Source: Sulfurimonadaceae bacterium (GTDB lineage: Bacteria; Campylobacterota; Campylobacteria; Campylobacterales; Sulfurimonadaceae). Taken from it: DNA of 24,970 nt. The stretch lies in the NCBI GenBank assembly GCA_041562555.1, contig JBFEXS010000021.1, positions 1 through 24,970 of the forward strand, written 5' to 3'. A program made the position numbers and the translations under genes. Below are positions 1-8,538 of the stretch, piece by piece (positions within the stretch are counted from its first letter, which is position 1; the number at the start of each line of letters is the position of its first letter). The notes beneath the pieces are model-generated. The model ran no database searches. It was not told where the DNA came from and saw nothing but the letters and a program-made list of their open reading frames with translations.

Positions 1-16
1 GCAAATAGGTCTTCTT

Positions 17-454
17 ATGATGGGTTATCAGGAGTGGTTTGAATTCCACTCGAACAAACACCAGAAAGTGCTAAAAAAGCTTCTTGACAGAAATATGGAC
101 CAAGAAGAGATCATTCGCTATTTCCGCTTTGAGAACATGGTGCAGCACGAACAGGACTTTTGTGAACTCTACAAAAGTAATACCAAGTGTCATGATATGC
201 CGGATCTTAACTGCTATCTCTGTTCCTGTCCCAATTTTCGCTTCCATACCGACCCAGAGACTATTGACGGGAAGACGCTCCACTCTACCTGTTCCATCGA
301 TTCAAAGGACGGTGCGATCTTTGAGCATGAAGGTCATCAACATCAAGACTGTTCAGGCTGTTTGGTACCCCATCATGAAAGCTATATAGAAAAACACTTC
401 TCCATCGATTGGAAGGATATCATGAGCGCATGTCCTATTCAATCCTCCTCCTGA
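17..454 (+). CDS. Cysteine-rich small domain (zf-like) protein
   Basis: Motifs C..CH..NCYLCSCP and DCSGCLVPH match the Cys-rich small domain family often found with cobamide genes. The frame is open to the window edge, so the start (17, 20 or further upstream) is uncertain. Confidence 0.7.
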   Translation: MMGYQEWFEFHSNKHQKVLKKLLDRNMDQEEIIRYFRFENMVQHEQDFCELYKSNTKCHDMPDLNCYLCSCPNFRFHTDPETIDGKTLHSTCSIDSKDGAIFEHEGHQHQDCSGCLVPHHESYIEKHFSIDWKDIMSACPIQSSS

Positions 455-455
455 G

Positions 456-484
456 TTGACATTCATCATTTCTTGGTGTAGACT
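456..484 (+). promoter_or_regulatory. Sigma70 promoter for the uORF-btuB transcript
   Basis: TTGACA (456-461), 17-nt spacer, TAGACT (479-484). Confidence 0.7.
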
Positions 485-511
485 TCCGAAATTATTTCAC
501 AGGATAGACGG

Positions 512-886
512 ATGAGAAGACCTAAGGGCTTTGGAAAAAACTATTTTTCTTTATCAGCGATTTGTGCCTACTCCAGTAATATGAATCTTCAAGCACAATG
601 CAACGCCTTTATCCAGGTCTCACGTAATCTCTCCTTTGAGACATTAGAAGAAGAGGAAAAGCCTCTTGAAGAGCTCGAGGCGCTCTTGCAGGAAAGTGCT
701 GTTCAGCCACAATCATCCTCCTGTCATTGTAACTGTTTTTTTAAAAACCGTCTCTACACACTCTGCCAGGTATTCAAATATTTTCCACAAACCTTTTTTA
801 TCTTCTTTAAGACTCATTCAGGGATATCTCCACCCACATCTTTTCTCACTTCGATCAAACAAAACAATATTTTAGGAAAAACATGA
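512..886 (+). CDS. Putative leader/regulatory uORF (124 aa) upstream of btuB
   Basis: AGGA Shine-Dalgarno at 501-504, 7 nt before ATG 512 and just downstream of the promoter. Its stop overlaps the btuB start (ATGA, 883-886). Contains CHCNC and HSGISPP. Confidence 0.6.
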   Translation: MRRPKGFGKNYFSLSAICAYSSNMNLQAQCNAFIQVSRNLSFETLEEEEKPLEELEALLQESAVQPQSSSCHCNCFFKNRLYTLCQVFKYFPQTFFIFFKTHSGISPPTSFLTSIKQNNILGKT

Positions 887-2760
887 AAACAACAATCACA
901 TTATCACTACTAAGTGCTCTGATATCGAATAACCTCTACGCACAAACAATAGAACTTGAAGAGGTAAGTGTGCAAGCCGCCAGCAGAACCCATCAAGATC
1001 TTAAAGATATTACAGAATCCGTAACGATCATCACATCCGATGATCTTCAAGAAGCCCATGTTCAAACACTTGCTGAAGCGATGAATCGCCCTGGAAATAT
1101 TGCCATGGTTAGCAATGGAGGGATGGGACAGAACAGTTCCTTTCTTCTACGCGGTATGGATTCACAACGTGTCCTAGTCCTTATTGACGGCATCCGTTAC
1201 AACGATATTACAGGTGGAGCACAATATTCCCATCTACAGCTGCGTGACGTAGCACAAATCGAAATCATCAAAGGCGCACAATCTGGTGTATGGGGTTCTG
1301 ATGCCTCTGCCGGTGTTGTCAATATCATTACAAAGAACGCAAAACAAGGGACACATATCTCTGGCAATATAGAAGCAGGTTCTTTTAATACCCAACAAGG
1401 CAGTCTCCAATTTTCCCACAAAACAGATTCCTTTGATATATCAACAGGAATCTCCCGTATTAAGACAGACGGTTTCTCTGCTACCGAACCGACACACAGC
1501 TCCCCTGATTATGGAAAACGAGGAGATGAACTTGACTACGAAGATGATGCGTATACAAATACTACCTATGATATCAAACTAGGCTACAACATTAGTGACG
1601 AAGATCGTATCGAAGCGTATATGAAGCGCATTGATGCCTATGTCGAGTATGACGCAGGAGGTGGAGTTGATGCAAAGAACTATGATGATCCCTATGGATT
1701 TGGCATCTCAACCTATTTTGACAAGATTGACAACCGTTATTATTCCGCAGCCTACAAACATACAGATGAGCTGAATGAGTTAAGCCTTCAATATAACTAT
1801 TCTTATCTTCACAGAAAGGTTCAAGAATTCAAAGGGAATGTGCAAGAAATCTTGCTCCAAGACCGTATCAACTACATGGATGACTCCTTTTTACGCGTCG
1901 GGGGAAGCTATCAAGACTTTGAACATGAGAATGCAGGTAATCCAATTGAGAAAAGCTATGATGCAACATCAGTCTTTGCAACAAACTACAATCAATTCAT
2001 TTTCCTGAGAGAGCTTGGCAAAACGATCATCACCGAGTCTTTACGCTTTGACTCTTACAGTGCCTTCGATGATGAGACAACAGGAAAAGTAGGTCTTAAA
2101 CAATTCCTGTATGAGGATATCTACTTAAGCGCCAACTACGGTACGGGGTATAATGCCCCTACGCTCTATCAACTCTATGCACCGGCCAGTTTCAGCAATC
2201 CCCTTCTAGCACCGGAAACAAGTAAAACCTTTGACATATCCCTTGGAAATGAAAAGCTTACAGCGACATACTTTCATAATAAGGTCGACAATCTTATCGA
2301 ATATGTTGTAACTGATTTTATAACCTATGCTGGGAATTTTGAGAACATCAGCGGTGAATCTACTCTCAAAGGGGTCGAATTGGGATATAAGGATGACTTC
2401 TTTGACATGTTCTCCCTTAATCTTAATTACACCTATCTCAGCGCAAAAAATGCCAACAAGGAATTCCTACGCTCACGTCCTAAACACCAGGTCGATGGAA
2501 ACCTCTTCTATTATATCAATGATGACATAAACATTGGGCTCAATGGCCAGTACATCGGTGAGCGTTATGATCGGGATGGGAGACAAGGTGCACAAACAGG
2601 AAAATATGCAGTCTATAATGCCGTTGCAAATTATACGATCAATAAAAACTTTACAATCTACGCAAAGATAGACAATATCGGTGACAAGTATTATCAGATT
2701 CGTGATGGCTATGCAACAGCAGAGCGCTCGTACTATGCCGGGCTTAATGCTTCATTTTAA
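883..2760 (+). CDS. btuB: TonB-dependent vitamin B12/cobamide receptor
   Basis: Signal peptide, TonB-box-like EEVSVQAASR, plug motifs (LRGMDSQRVLVLIDG; IEIIKGAQSGVWGSDASAGVVNIITK), C-terminal F, and position at the head of the cob/btu cluster. Confidence 0.85.
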   Translation: MKTTITLSLLSALISNNLYAQTIELEEVSVQAASRTHQDLKDITESVTIITSDDLQEAHVQTLAEAMNRPGNIAMVSNGGMGQNSSFLLRGMDSQRVLVLIDGIRYNDITGGAQYSHLQLRDVAQIEIIKGAQSGVWGSDASAGVVNIITKNAKQGTHISGNIEAGSFNTQQGSLQFSHKTDSFDISTGISRIKTDGFSATEPTHSSPDYGKRGDELDYEDDAYTNTTYDIKLGYNISDEDRIEAYMKRIDAYVEYDAGGGVDAKNYDDPYGFGISTYFDKIDNRYYSAAYKHTDELNELSLQYNYSYLHRKVQEFKGNVQEILLQDRINYMDDSFLRVGGSYQDFEHENAGNPIEKSYDATSVFATNYNQFIFLRELGKTIITESLRFDSYSAFDDETTGKVGLKQFLYEDIYLSANYGTGYNAPTLYQLYAPASFSNPLLAPETSKTFDISLGNEKLTATYFHNKVDNLIEYVVTDFITYAGNFENISGESTLKGVELGYKDDFFDMFSLNLNYTYLSAKNANKEFLRSRPKHQVDGNLFYYINDDINIGLNGQYIGERYDRDGRQGAQTGKYAVYNAVANYTINKNFTIYAKIDNIGDKYYQIRDGYATAERSYYAGLNASF

Positions 2761-2768
2761 GCACCTTC

Positions 2769-2777
2769 TGATATAGT
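2769..2777 (+). promoter_or_regulatory. Possible internal extended -10 promoter (TGaTATAGT) for cobT
   Basis: TG at 2769-2770 and TATAGT at 2772-2777, 5 nt before the cobT ATG. No Shine-Dalgarno in the 22-nt gap. Confidence 0.4.
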
Positions 2778-2782
2778 CTATC

Positions 2783-3823
2783 ATGCAAAAGATTTCACTT
2801 AACAGCTCACCTTTTCAAGCGCAACAAGCCGACTTTTTACTAGCGGCTTGCGTTACCCATACCTGTGAGACACCTCGGCTGACACAGGCAGGTATCCCCG
2901 GTAAGATCCCCCTAACGCCAACATTGGATGCGGAGTTCATATCAACGGGAAAAGTCTTCTCGTTGGGGGAGATCGCAGAAACACCAAAAGGGGTTCCTAC
3001 ACCTGCTCTGCTCACTAGAGCTGTGCACGAGCTTGCTCCCTTTAGTGATCTTTCTATCCTGAATCTCGGTCTGCAAAACAAGCCTCAAGAATGCAAGGTA
3101 CTTGATTTTGACATCGCACCGACCCCAAGTATCACGGCAGCCAAAGGCTTTGATGCCGAGGGTCTCTTTGAGAAGGGGTTCGAGTTTGGCAAGAAGTATC
3201 AACTTCAAGGAGACTATCTCATACTGGGTGAAAGCACCCCATCAGGGACAACGACCGCGCAAGCCAGTATCACCGCCTTAGGCTATGAAACAGAGGGACT
3301 CTTCGCTTCTTCTTTTAAAGACGCCCCCTCAAGCATCAAAGAAAAGACCATCTCCAGAGCACTCGCAAAACTGCATACGAATATGTCCATCTATGAAAAA
3401 CTTGGCCACACGTCTGATAATATGCTCATGTTTACAGCCGGCTTCATCCTCTCTGCATCCAGACGTTTCAATATCGTCCTTGCAGGGGGGACCCAGATGG
3501 CAGCGGCTCTGTTAATTTCAAACACCATTGCCGGTCTGCGAGGCATCCATCATGACCATCGACGTATCCACCTCTGTACGACCAAATGGATCGCTGAGGA
3601 CAAGGATTCCAATATTCAGGCCCTAATCGATCAGCTGGATTTTCGTCTGAAGGCCTATTATGCTGACTTTAGTTTTGAGCAGAGCCATCACCCTGCCCTT
3701 AAACTTTATGATGAGGGAGAGGCTAAAGAGGGTGTCGGTGCCGGCGCGTGTATCTCTTATGCTTATGCCCATGGTATCTCTGCCAAAGCCCTTACTTCCA
3801 AGGTCGAGTCTTACCTTGGCTAA
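2783..3823 (+). CDS. cobT: Nicotinate-nucleotide:lower-ligand phosphoribosyltransferase, archaeal/cyanobacterial type
   Basis: TPTLDAEF, GVPTPALLTRA, GESTPSGTTTA, LAGGTQM and YDEGEAKEGVGAG motifs, plus cob operon context. Confidence 0.85.
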   Translation: MQKISLNSSPFQAQQADFLLAACVTHTCETPRLTQAGIPGKIPLTPTLDAEFISTGKVFSLGEIAETPKGVPTPALLTRAVHELAPFSDLSILNLGLQNKPQECKVLDFDIAPTPSITAAKGFDAEGLFEKGFEFGKKYQLQGDYLILGESTPSGTTTAQASITALGYETEGLFASSFKDAPSSIKEKTISRALAKLHTNMSIYEKLGHTSDNMLMFTAGFILSASRRFNIVLAGGTQMAAALLISNTIAGLRGIHHDHRRIHLCTTKWIAEDKDSNIQALIDQLDFRLKAYYADFSFEQSHHPALKLYDEGEAKEGVGAGACISYAYAHGISAKALTSKVESYLG

Positions 3824-5204
3824 ACATCTTAGTATCTTTGGGACCTCCTCGGATGCAGGCAAATCCACCTTGAGTTTTGCCCTCACCTATCTTCTGCACC
3901 ATGCAGGCTTCAAGACGGCCCCCTTTAAGGCGCAGAACGTATCCAATAATTCTGCTGTCTGTGATAAGGGTGGAGAGATAGCTATCCCCCAATTTTTTGC
4001 GGCAGAGGCTATAGGCCTGCAGACCTCAGCTCAGATGAATCCTGTTTTACTCAAATCAGGTAAGGAGAATAAAGCCTCACTCATTCTTAGGGGCTATGCT
4101 ACTTCTGAACAGGATGTCAGGGACTATTATGCCAATCTGGACACCCTTAAACCCATCGTTAAAGAAGCTTTCGAAGACTTGGCACGAGAGTATGAGCTTA
4201 TCGTGGCTGAGGGAGCCGGTTCGCCTGTGGAGCTTAACCTTATGGACAAGGATCTCTCCAACATCTATATCGCTACCGAGTTTAACACCAAGATCATCCT
4301 AGTGGCTGATATTGAAAAAGGCGGGGTGTTCGCCTCAATCTATGGCGTCTATAATCTTTTACCTGAAGACCTCAAAAAGAACGTCATCGGTGTGATCATC
4401 AATAAATTTCGAGGTGATACATCCCTCTTTGATGAAGGCAGACGTATCATTGAAGAGACCTTTGGACTGAAAGTGCTTGGCCTTGTCCCCTACAGAGCCT
4501 TGAACCTTGGCTTTGAAGATATACAGTCCCTTCTAAATTATCAACAGAACAAACCCAATGCCCATATCAATGCTGCCGTGATCAGGCTCCCCCATCTCTC
4601 CAACTTCACCGACTTTGAAGCCCTTATCAATGATCCTGAAGTCCTCGTCAGTTTTATAGAGACCCTCAACCATCTTGATCAATTCGATCTTCTCATCATC
4701 CCAGGGTCCAAACGTACAATCACAGACCTCAAGTGGCTCAAGGAACAAGGAGTTGAGACAGCTCTAAAACAGTATAAAGGGATAATACTGGGTATCTGCG
4801 GAGGGTATGAAATGATGTTTGAAACACTCTATGATGAAAAAGGGGTTGAAGAGGAGCCCATGACACAAGAGACTGGGCTTGGTCTTATCAAAGAAACACT
4901 ACATTTTGAAGCAGAAAAGACCCTTGCCAAGGGAGAATATACCCTTTTTGGCATGAACATAGAAGGTTACGAGATCCATTATGCAAAGGCCGACCAGTTC
5001 TCCTTTCAAAATGAAAATGTGTATGGGACCTTTCTGCACGGGCTTTTGGAGAATGATAATTTCAGAGACCGACTCTTTTCCAGGATCTCCTCCGAGTATA
5101 CAGGGTATAATTTCAAATCATTTAAAGCGAATAAAATCAAAGCGTATTGTTCCTTTATCAATACACATATAGACCTTGAGACTATCATAGGAGAGATACG
5201 ATGA
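3816..5204 (+). CDS. cobQ: Cobyric acid synthase (CobQ/CbiP)
   Basis: GTSSDAGKS, PFKAQNVSNNS, EGAGSPVELNL, GICGGYEM and GTFLHG motifs. Start placed at TTG 3816, overlapping the cobT stop, rather than at 3660. Confidence 0.92.
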   Translation: MAKHLSIFGTSSDAGKSTLSFALTYLLHHAGFKTAPFKAQNVSNNSAVCDKGGEIAIPQFFAAEAIGLQTSAQMNPVLLKSGKENKASLILRGYATSEQDVRDYYANLDTLKPIVKEAFEDLAREYELIVAEGAGSPVELNLMDKDLSNIYIATEFNTKIILVADIEKGGVFASIYGVYNLLPEDLKKNVIGVIINKFRGDTSLFDEGRRIIEETFGLKVLGLVPYRALNLGFEDIQSLLNYQQNKPNAHINAAVIRLPHLSNFTDFEALINDPEVLVSFIETLNHLDQFDLLIIPGSKRTITDLKWLKEQGVETALKQYKGIILGICGGYEMMFETLYDEKGVEEEPMTQETGLGLIKETLHFEAEKTLAKGEYTLFGMNIEGYEIHYAKADQFSFQNENVYGTFLHGLLENDNFRDRLFSRISSEYTGYNFKSFKANKIKAYCSFINTHIDLETIIGEIR

Positions 5205-5704
5205 AAGCCCTTTTCATAGGCGGTGTCAAAAGCGGAAAGTCCTTTCATGCCGAGCAGTTTTGCCTGCAGCACTCCAAGCTCCCTCCTGTCTATCTAGCCA
5301 CGACCGAGTTCGTCGATGAGGAGATGAAAGAGCGCATTAAAACCCATCAACTCCAACGCAGCGAACGTTTCTTGACTGTAGAGGAGTCTTTAAATATCTA
5401 TGAGGCGATCACACCGATGAAGAGCACTGTCTTGGTCGAATGTGTCTCTATGTGGATCAACAATATGCTTTATCATGGATTCGAGTATGAAGCGATACAC
5501 GAGCATATACAAAAACTCCTGGCCCTTCCCCATGATATCGTCTTTGTACAGAATGACGTGGGATCGGGTGTGATTGCCGACAATGCCCTTGCCCGGGAAT
5601 ACGTCGACATCTCAGGGCGGATCTCCCAGCTCATAGCCTCCCGGTCGGACAAAGTCTTTCATGTCATTGCCGGTATTTCTACACAGATTAAGGGCAAACA
5701 ATGA
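5201..5704 (+). CDS. cobU: Bifunctional adenosylcobinamide kinase / cobinamide-phosphate guanylyltransferase
   Basis: GGVKSGKS P-loop, YLAT, DEEMKERIKTHQLQR and NDVGSG motifs. ATGA overlap with cobQ. Confidence 0.9.
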   Translation: MKALFIGGVKSGKSFHAEQFCLQHSKLPPVYLATTEFVDEEMKERIKTHQLQRSERFLTVEESLNIYEAITPMKSTVLVECVSMWINNMLYHGFEYEAIHEHIQKLLALPHDIVFVQNDVGSGVIADNALAREYVDISGRISQLIASRSDKVFHVIAGISTQIKGKQ

Positions 5705-6429
5705 TCAAAAAAACAGCGATGGGCTTTGCTTTAGCAGTGTCGATGTTAAGCACACTTCCCTTTTTTAGAGTGCACGACTTCTTTAAGGGGATAAACGGTT
5801 TTGCCGTAATGTTCTATCCCCTTGTCGGTTTTATCCTTGGAACTATCCTTTATGGCCTCTCTCACCTGCTTGAGCCTTATATCCCACCGGTCCATCTGCA
5901 TATCTTACTCTTTGCATCGTGGGTTGTCCTCACGGGCGCTCTGCATCTGGATGGACTCTCCGATACGATTGATGCCCTCTTCGTTAGAAAAGAGAGAGCA
6001 TTGGAGGTGATGAAAGACCCCCATGTTGGTGCTATGGGGATGACATACACCGCTGTCTTTTTGATCGTGAAAGCGTCCGTTCTTGTTGTGACTGATGCCC
6101 TTTGGGCACTTCCTATTATTCTGATGTTGGCCCGTTTTAACGCCGTCTTAGCCATCTACTTTTTTCCCTATATCCGAGAGAATGGGATGAGTACCCTAGC
6201 CAAACAAGAGTTCAATATCACTCAGCTGCTTTGCTCCATACTCATTGTCTCCCTTGTCTCTATTAGCATGCCTAAGGGAGTTCTACTCCTGCTTATTTCT
6301 TTAGTCTCGCTCCTGTTTTTCAAACTCTGGTTCAATAGACGCTTTGGAGGGTTTTCAGGAGATCTGTACGGCTTTATGATCGAAGGTACGGAAATCCTAT
6401 TACTGCATGGGGTCCTTCTGCTATGCTGA
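5701..6429 (+). CDS. cobS: Adenosylcobinamide-GDP ribazoletransferase (cobalamin synthase)
   Basis: TGALHLDGLSDTIDA, MKDPHVGAMG and GGFSGDLYG motifs in a polytopic membrane protein. Confidence 0.92.
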   Translation: MIKKTAMGFALAVSMLSTLPFFRVHDFFKGINGFAVMFYPLVGFILGTILYGLSHLLEPYIPPVHLHILLFASWVVLTGALHLDGLSDTIDALFVRKERALEVMKDPHVGAMGMTYTAVFLIVKASVLVVTDALWALPIILMLARFNAVLAIYFFPYIRENGMSTLAKQEFNITQLLCSILIVSLVSISMPKGVLLLLISLVSLLFFKLWFNRRFGGFSGDLYGFMIEGTEILLLHGVLLLC

Positions 6430-6998
6430 TCACCCTTGTACGCCATGCCGAAGTCGATGAGGCTTATCATCATAAATATAACGGGCATATAGATATATCT
6501 CTCTCCAAAAAAGGCAGAAAACAGGCTCAGGAACTTGCCCAAAGACTTCAGGGTAAACACTATGATGCTATATTCTGCTCGGATCTTAAACGCTGCAAGC
6601 AGACGCTGCAAGCCTTTGATTTAGACCTAAAGCCCACATACACCTCCATGCTCAGGGAAAAATCATGGGGATGCCATGAGGGCAAGAGCTTTGATGAGAT
6701 TATTGCAATGGAGAGCTTCACCTATGAGGATTTTGAACAATGGATCAATGCCCTTGATGGAGAAGCATATGGAGAATATATCCAGCGCATAGAAGACTTC
6801 TTTACCCGCTTTCTTCCCGAGGCGGCACCCTATGAGCATATCCTGGTAATGACCCATGCCGGAGTGATTCGCGTACTCATGCATCTATTTGAGAAGATCT
6901 CCTTGGAAGAGGCCTTTGGCCGTCGCTTCGCCTATGCAGACCACATTATCCTAGATACACAGACCTGGTCGTTTCAGCGCGAGAGAGAGGCTGTCTAA
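6423..6998 (+). CDS. cobC: Histidine phosphatase, alpha-ribazole/adenosylcobalamin-5'-phosphate phosphatase
   Basis: LVRHAE, SDLKRCKQT, LREKSWG and THAGVIR motifs, plus operon context. Confidence 0.8.
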   Translation: MLITLVRHAEVDEAYHHKYNGHIDISLSKKGRKQAQELAQRLQGKHYDAIFCSDLKRCKQTLQAFDLDLKPTYTSMLREKSWGCHEGKSFDEIIAMESFTYEDFEQWINALDGEAYGEYIQRIEDFFTRFLPEAAPYEHILVMTHAGVIRVLMHLFEKISLEEAFGRRFAYADHIILDTQTWSFQREREAV

Positions 6999-7807
6999 TG
7001 CGTTTGATTCTGCTTTGTATTCTTCTTGGTTCCAACCTCCTTGCCAAAGAGCGTATTGTCACCCTTGCTCCTTCTATCAGTGAGGTGGTATTTGCTCTGG
7101 GAAAGGGTGAGGAACTCGTAGGTGTAAGTGAATTTTCCTTCTATCCTGAAGAGGTTCAAGGTATCACCAAGATCGGAGGATATTCCAATCCTTCACTGGA
7201 GAAGATTTTTTCCCTTAACCCCACTATTGTTATCGGTCAGCATCATTATGAAAAGACCCTGGATCAATTACATCAACTGGGTATCAAGACCTTAAGCCTT
7301 GAGATGAGTACCATCGATAATATCAAACATTCGATCACACAGATCGCCGCTGTCCTTAAGGCGGATCCAGGCCCCCTTCTTACTCCTATCAATAATGCTA
7401 TTGCCAAAGTGAAAGACTCAAAGACCCAAGATAAACGTGTGCTTATTGTCTATGGTCTCTCTATGGATATCAACCGGGGCTTATACATCGCAGGACATGA
7501 TATCTTTTATGAGGATATCATCCATCTGTGCGGAGCGAAGAATGCCTATGACAAAACGGAACTGAGCCAACCTGTCTTGCATTACGAGGGAGTGATAGAG
7601 ACAAACCCGGATATGGTTATCTTGCTTCATCACAGTGCTACTGACGGGGAAGTGGATTTTCAGAAAGCAAAAGAACTCTGGTACAATATCCCTATTGCAG
7701 CAGCTAAAAACAAAGAGGTCTACATCCTGAGTAAAGATTATCTCTCCATCCCTTCACATCGTGTGGCCCAATCCATCCTGGATATCTGTGAGGTTATTCA
7801 ACAATGA
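6998..7807 (+). CDS. btuF: Cobamide ABC transporter periplasmic binding protein
   Basis: Signal peptide and ERIVTLAPSISEVVFALG...VGVS motif of helical-backbone binding proteins. Confidence 0.8.
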   Translation: MRLILLCILLGSNLLAKERIVTLAPSISEVVFALGKGEELVGVSEFSFYPEEVQGITKIGGYSNPSLEKIFSLNPTIVIGQHHYEKTLDQLHQLGIKTLSLEMSTIDNIKHSITQIAAVLKADPGPLLTPINNAIAKVKDSKTQDKRVLIVYGLSMDINRGLYIAGHDIFYEDIIHLCGAKNAYDKTELSQPVLHYEGVIETNPDMVILLHHSATDGEVDFQKAKELWYNIPIAAAKNKEVYILSKDYLSIPSHRVAQSILDICEVIQQ

Positions 7808-8538
7808 TTGTCTCTGAACTCACACTTGCCTATGAAAACACCCCCATCTTAGAAAACATCTCCTTTGAATTCAGGGAACATCTGCTTGTCCTGGGTGCGA
7901 ACGGTTCGGGTAAAAGTACCTTGGCCAAGGCCTTATGTGGGCTTCTTCCCTATGCGGGATCGATCAAACTTTCAGATCACGAGCTCTCTTCTATCCCCCC
8001 GCGTCAACGGGCCAAAGGCATTGCATATATACCGGCTAAGATGCACAGTTTTGAAAGTTTTACCACCGTCGAAGAGTTTGTCCTCTTGGGGCGCTATCCC
8101 TATAAAGACTCCTTTAAAGACTATACTCAGGAAGATAAACAGATCGCCAAAGAAGCCCTGGAAGAGATGGGTCTTGCCTCTCTTTGCTCTCACAGGCTCC
8201 ATGAACTCAGCTCAGGTCAGCAGCAGTTAACCCTCATTGCCCAGGCCCTTGCGCAAAAAAGCACTATCTTGATCTTTGATGAGCCCACCTCCAACCTGGA
8301 TCCTAAAAACACGGCCCTTTTTGTACAGGAACTCAAAAAACTTCGACAACGGCATAAGACCATACTGATCTCCCATGATATACAACTCGCAGCCCACCTG
8401 AATGATCCTGTACTCTTTTTAAACAAGCAAAAAGCAACCTACCATGAGAAAGGGTTTTTCGACAAGGAGCAACTCAGTCTTGCCTATGGAGTTTCCTTTG
8501 TCAATGACAAAGGTGTTATCGGAGTCTCTTATGAATAG
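7804..8538 (+). CDS. btuD: Cobamide ABC transporter ATP-binding protein
   Basis: Walker A GANGSGKS, LSSGQQQ signature, Walker B IFDEPT and H-loop SHD. Confidence 0.8.
   Translation: MIVSELTLAYENTPILENISFEFREHLLVLGANGSGKSTLAKALCGLLPYAGSIKLSDHELSSIPPRQRAKGIAYIPAKMHSFESFTTVEEFVLLGRYPYKDSFKDYTQEDKQIAKEALEEMGLASLCSHRLHELSSGQQQLTLIAQALAQKSTILIFDEPTSNLDPKNTALFVQELKKLRQRHKTILISHDIQLAAHLNDPVLFLNKQKATYHEKGFFDKEQLSLAYGVSFVNDKGVIGVSYE

Noticed and set aside
485..882. Cobalamin riboswitch expected before btuB
   Set aside because: No GGGAA/GCCACTG/B12-box consensus was found by eye, and the region is occupied by an ORF with a Shine-Dalgarno. An Infernal search is still needed.
3660..3815. N-terminal extension of CobQ in the ORF track
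   Set aside because: It lies inside cobT, and CobQ homology begins at TTG 3816.
8444..8530. Longer btuC start
   Set aside because: It overlaps btuD heavily, and ATG 8531 has a GGAG Shine-Dalgarno.
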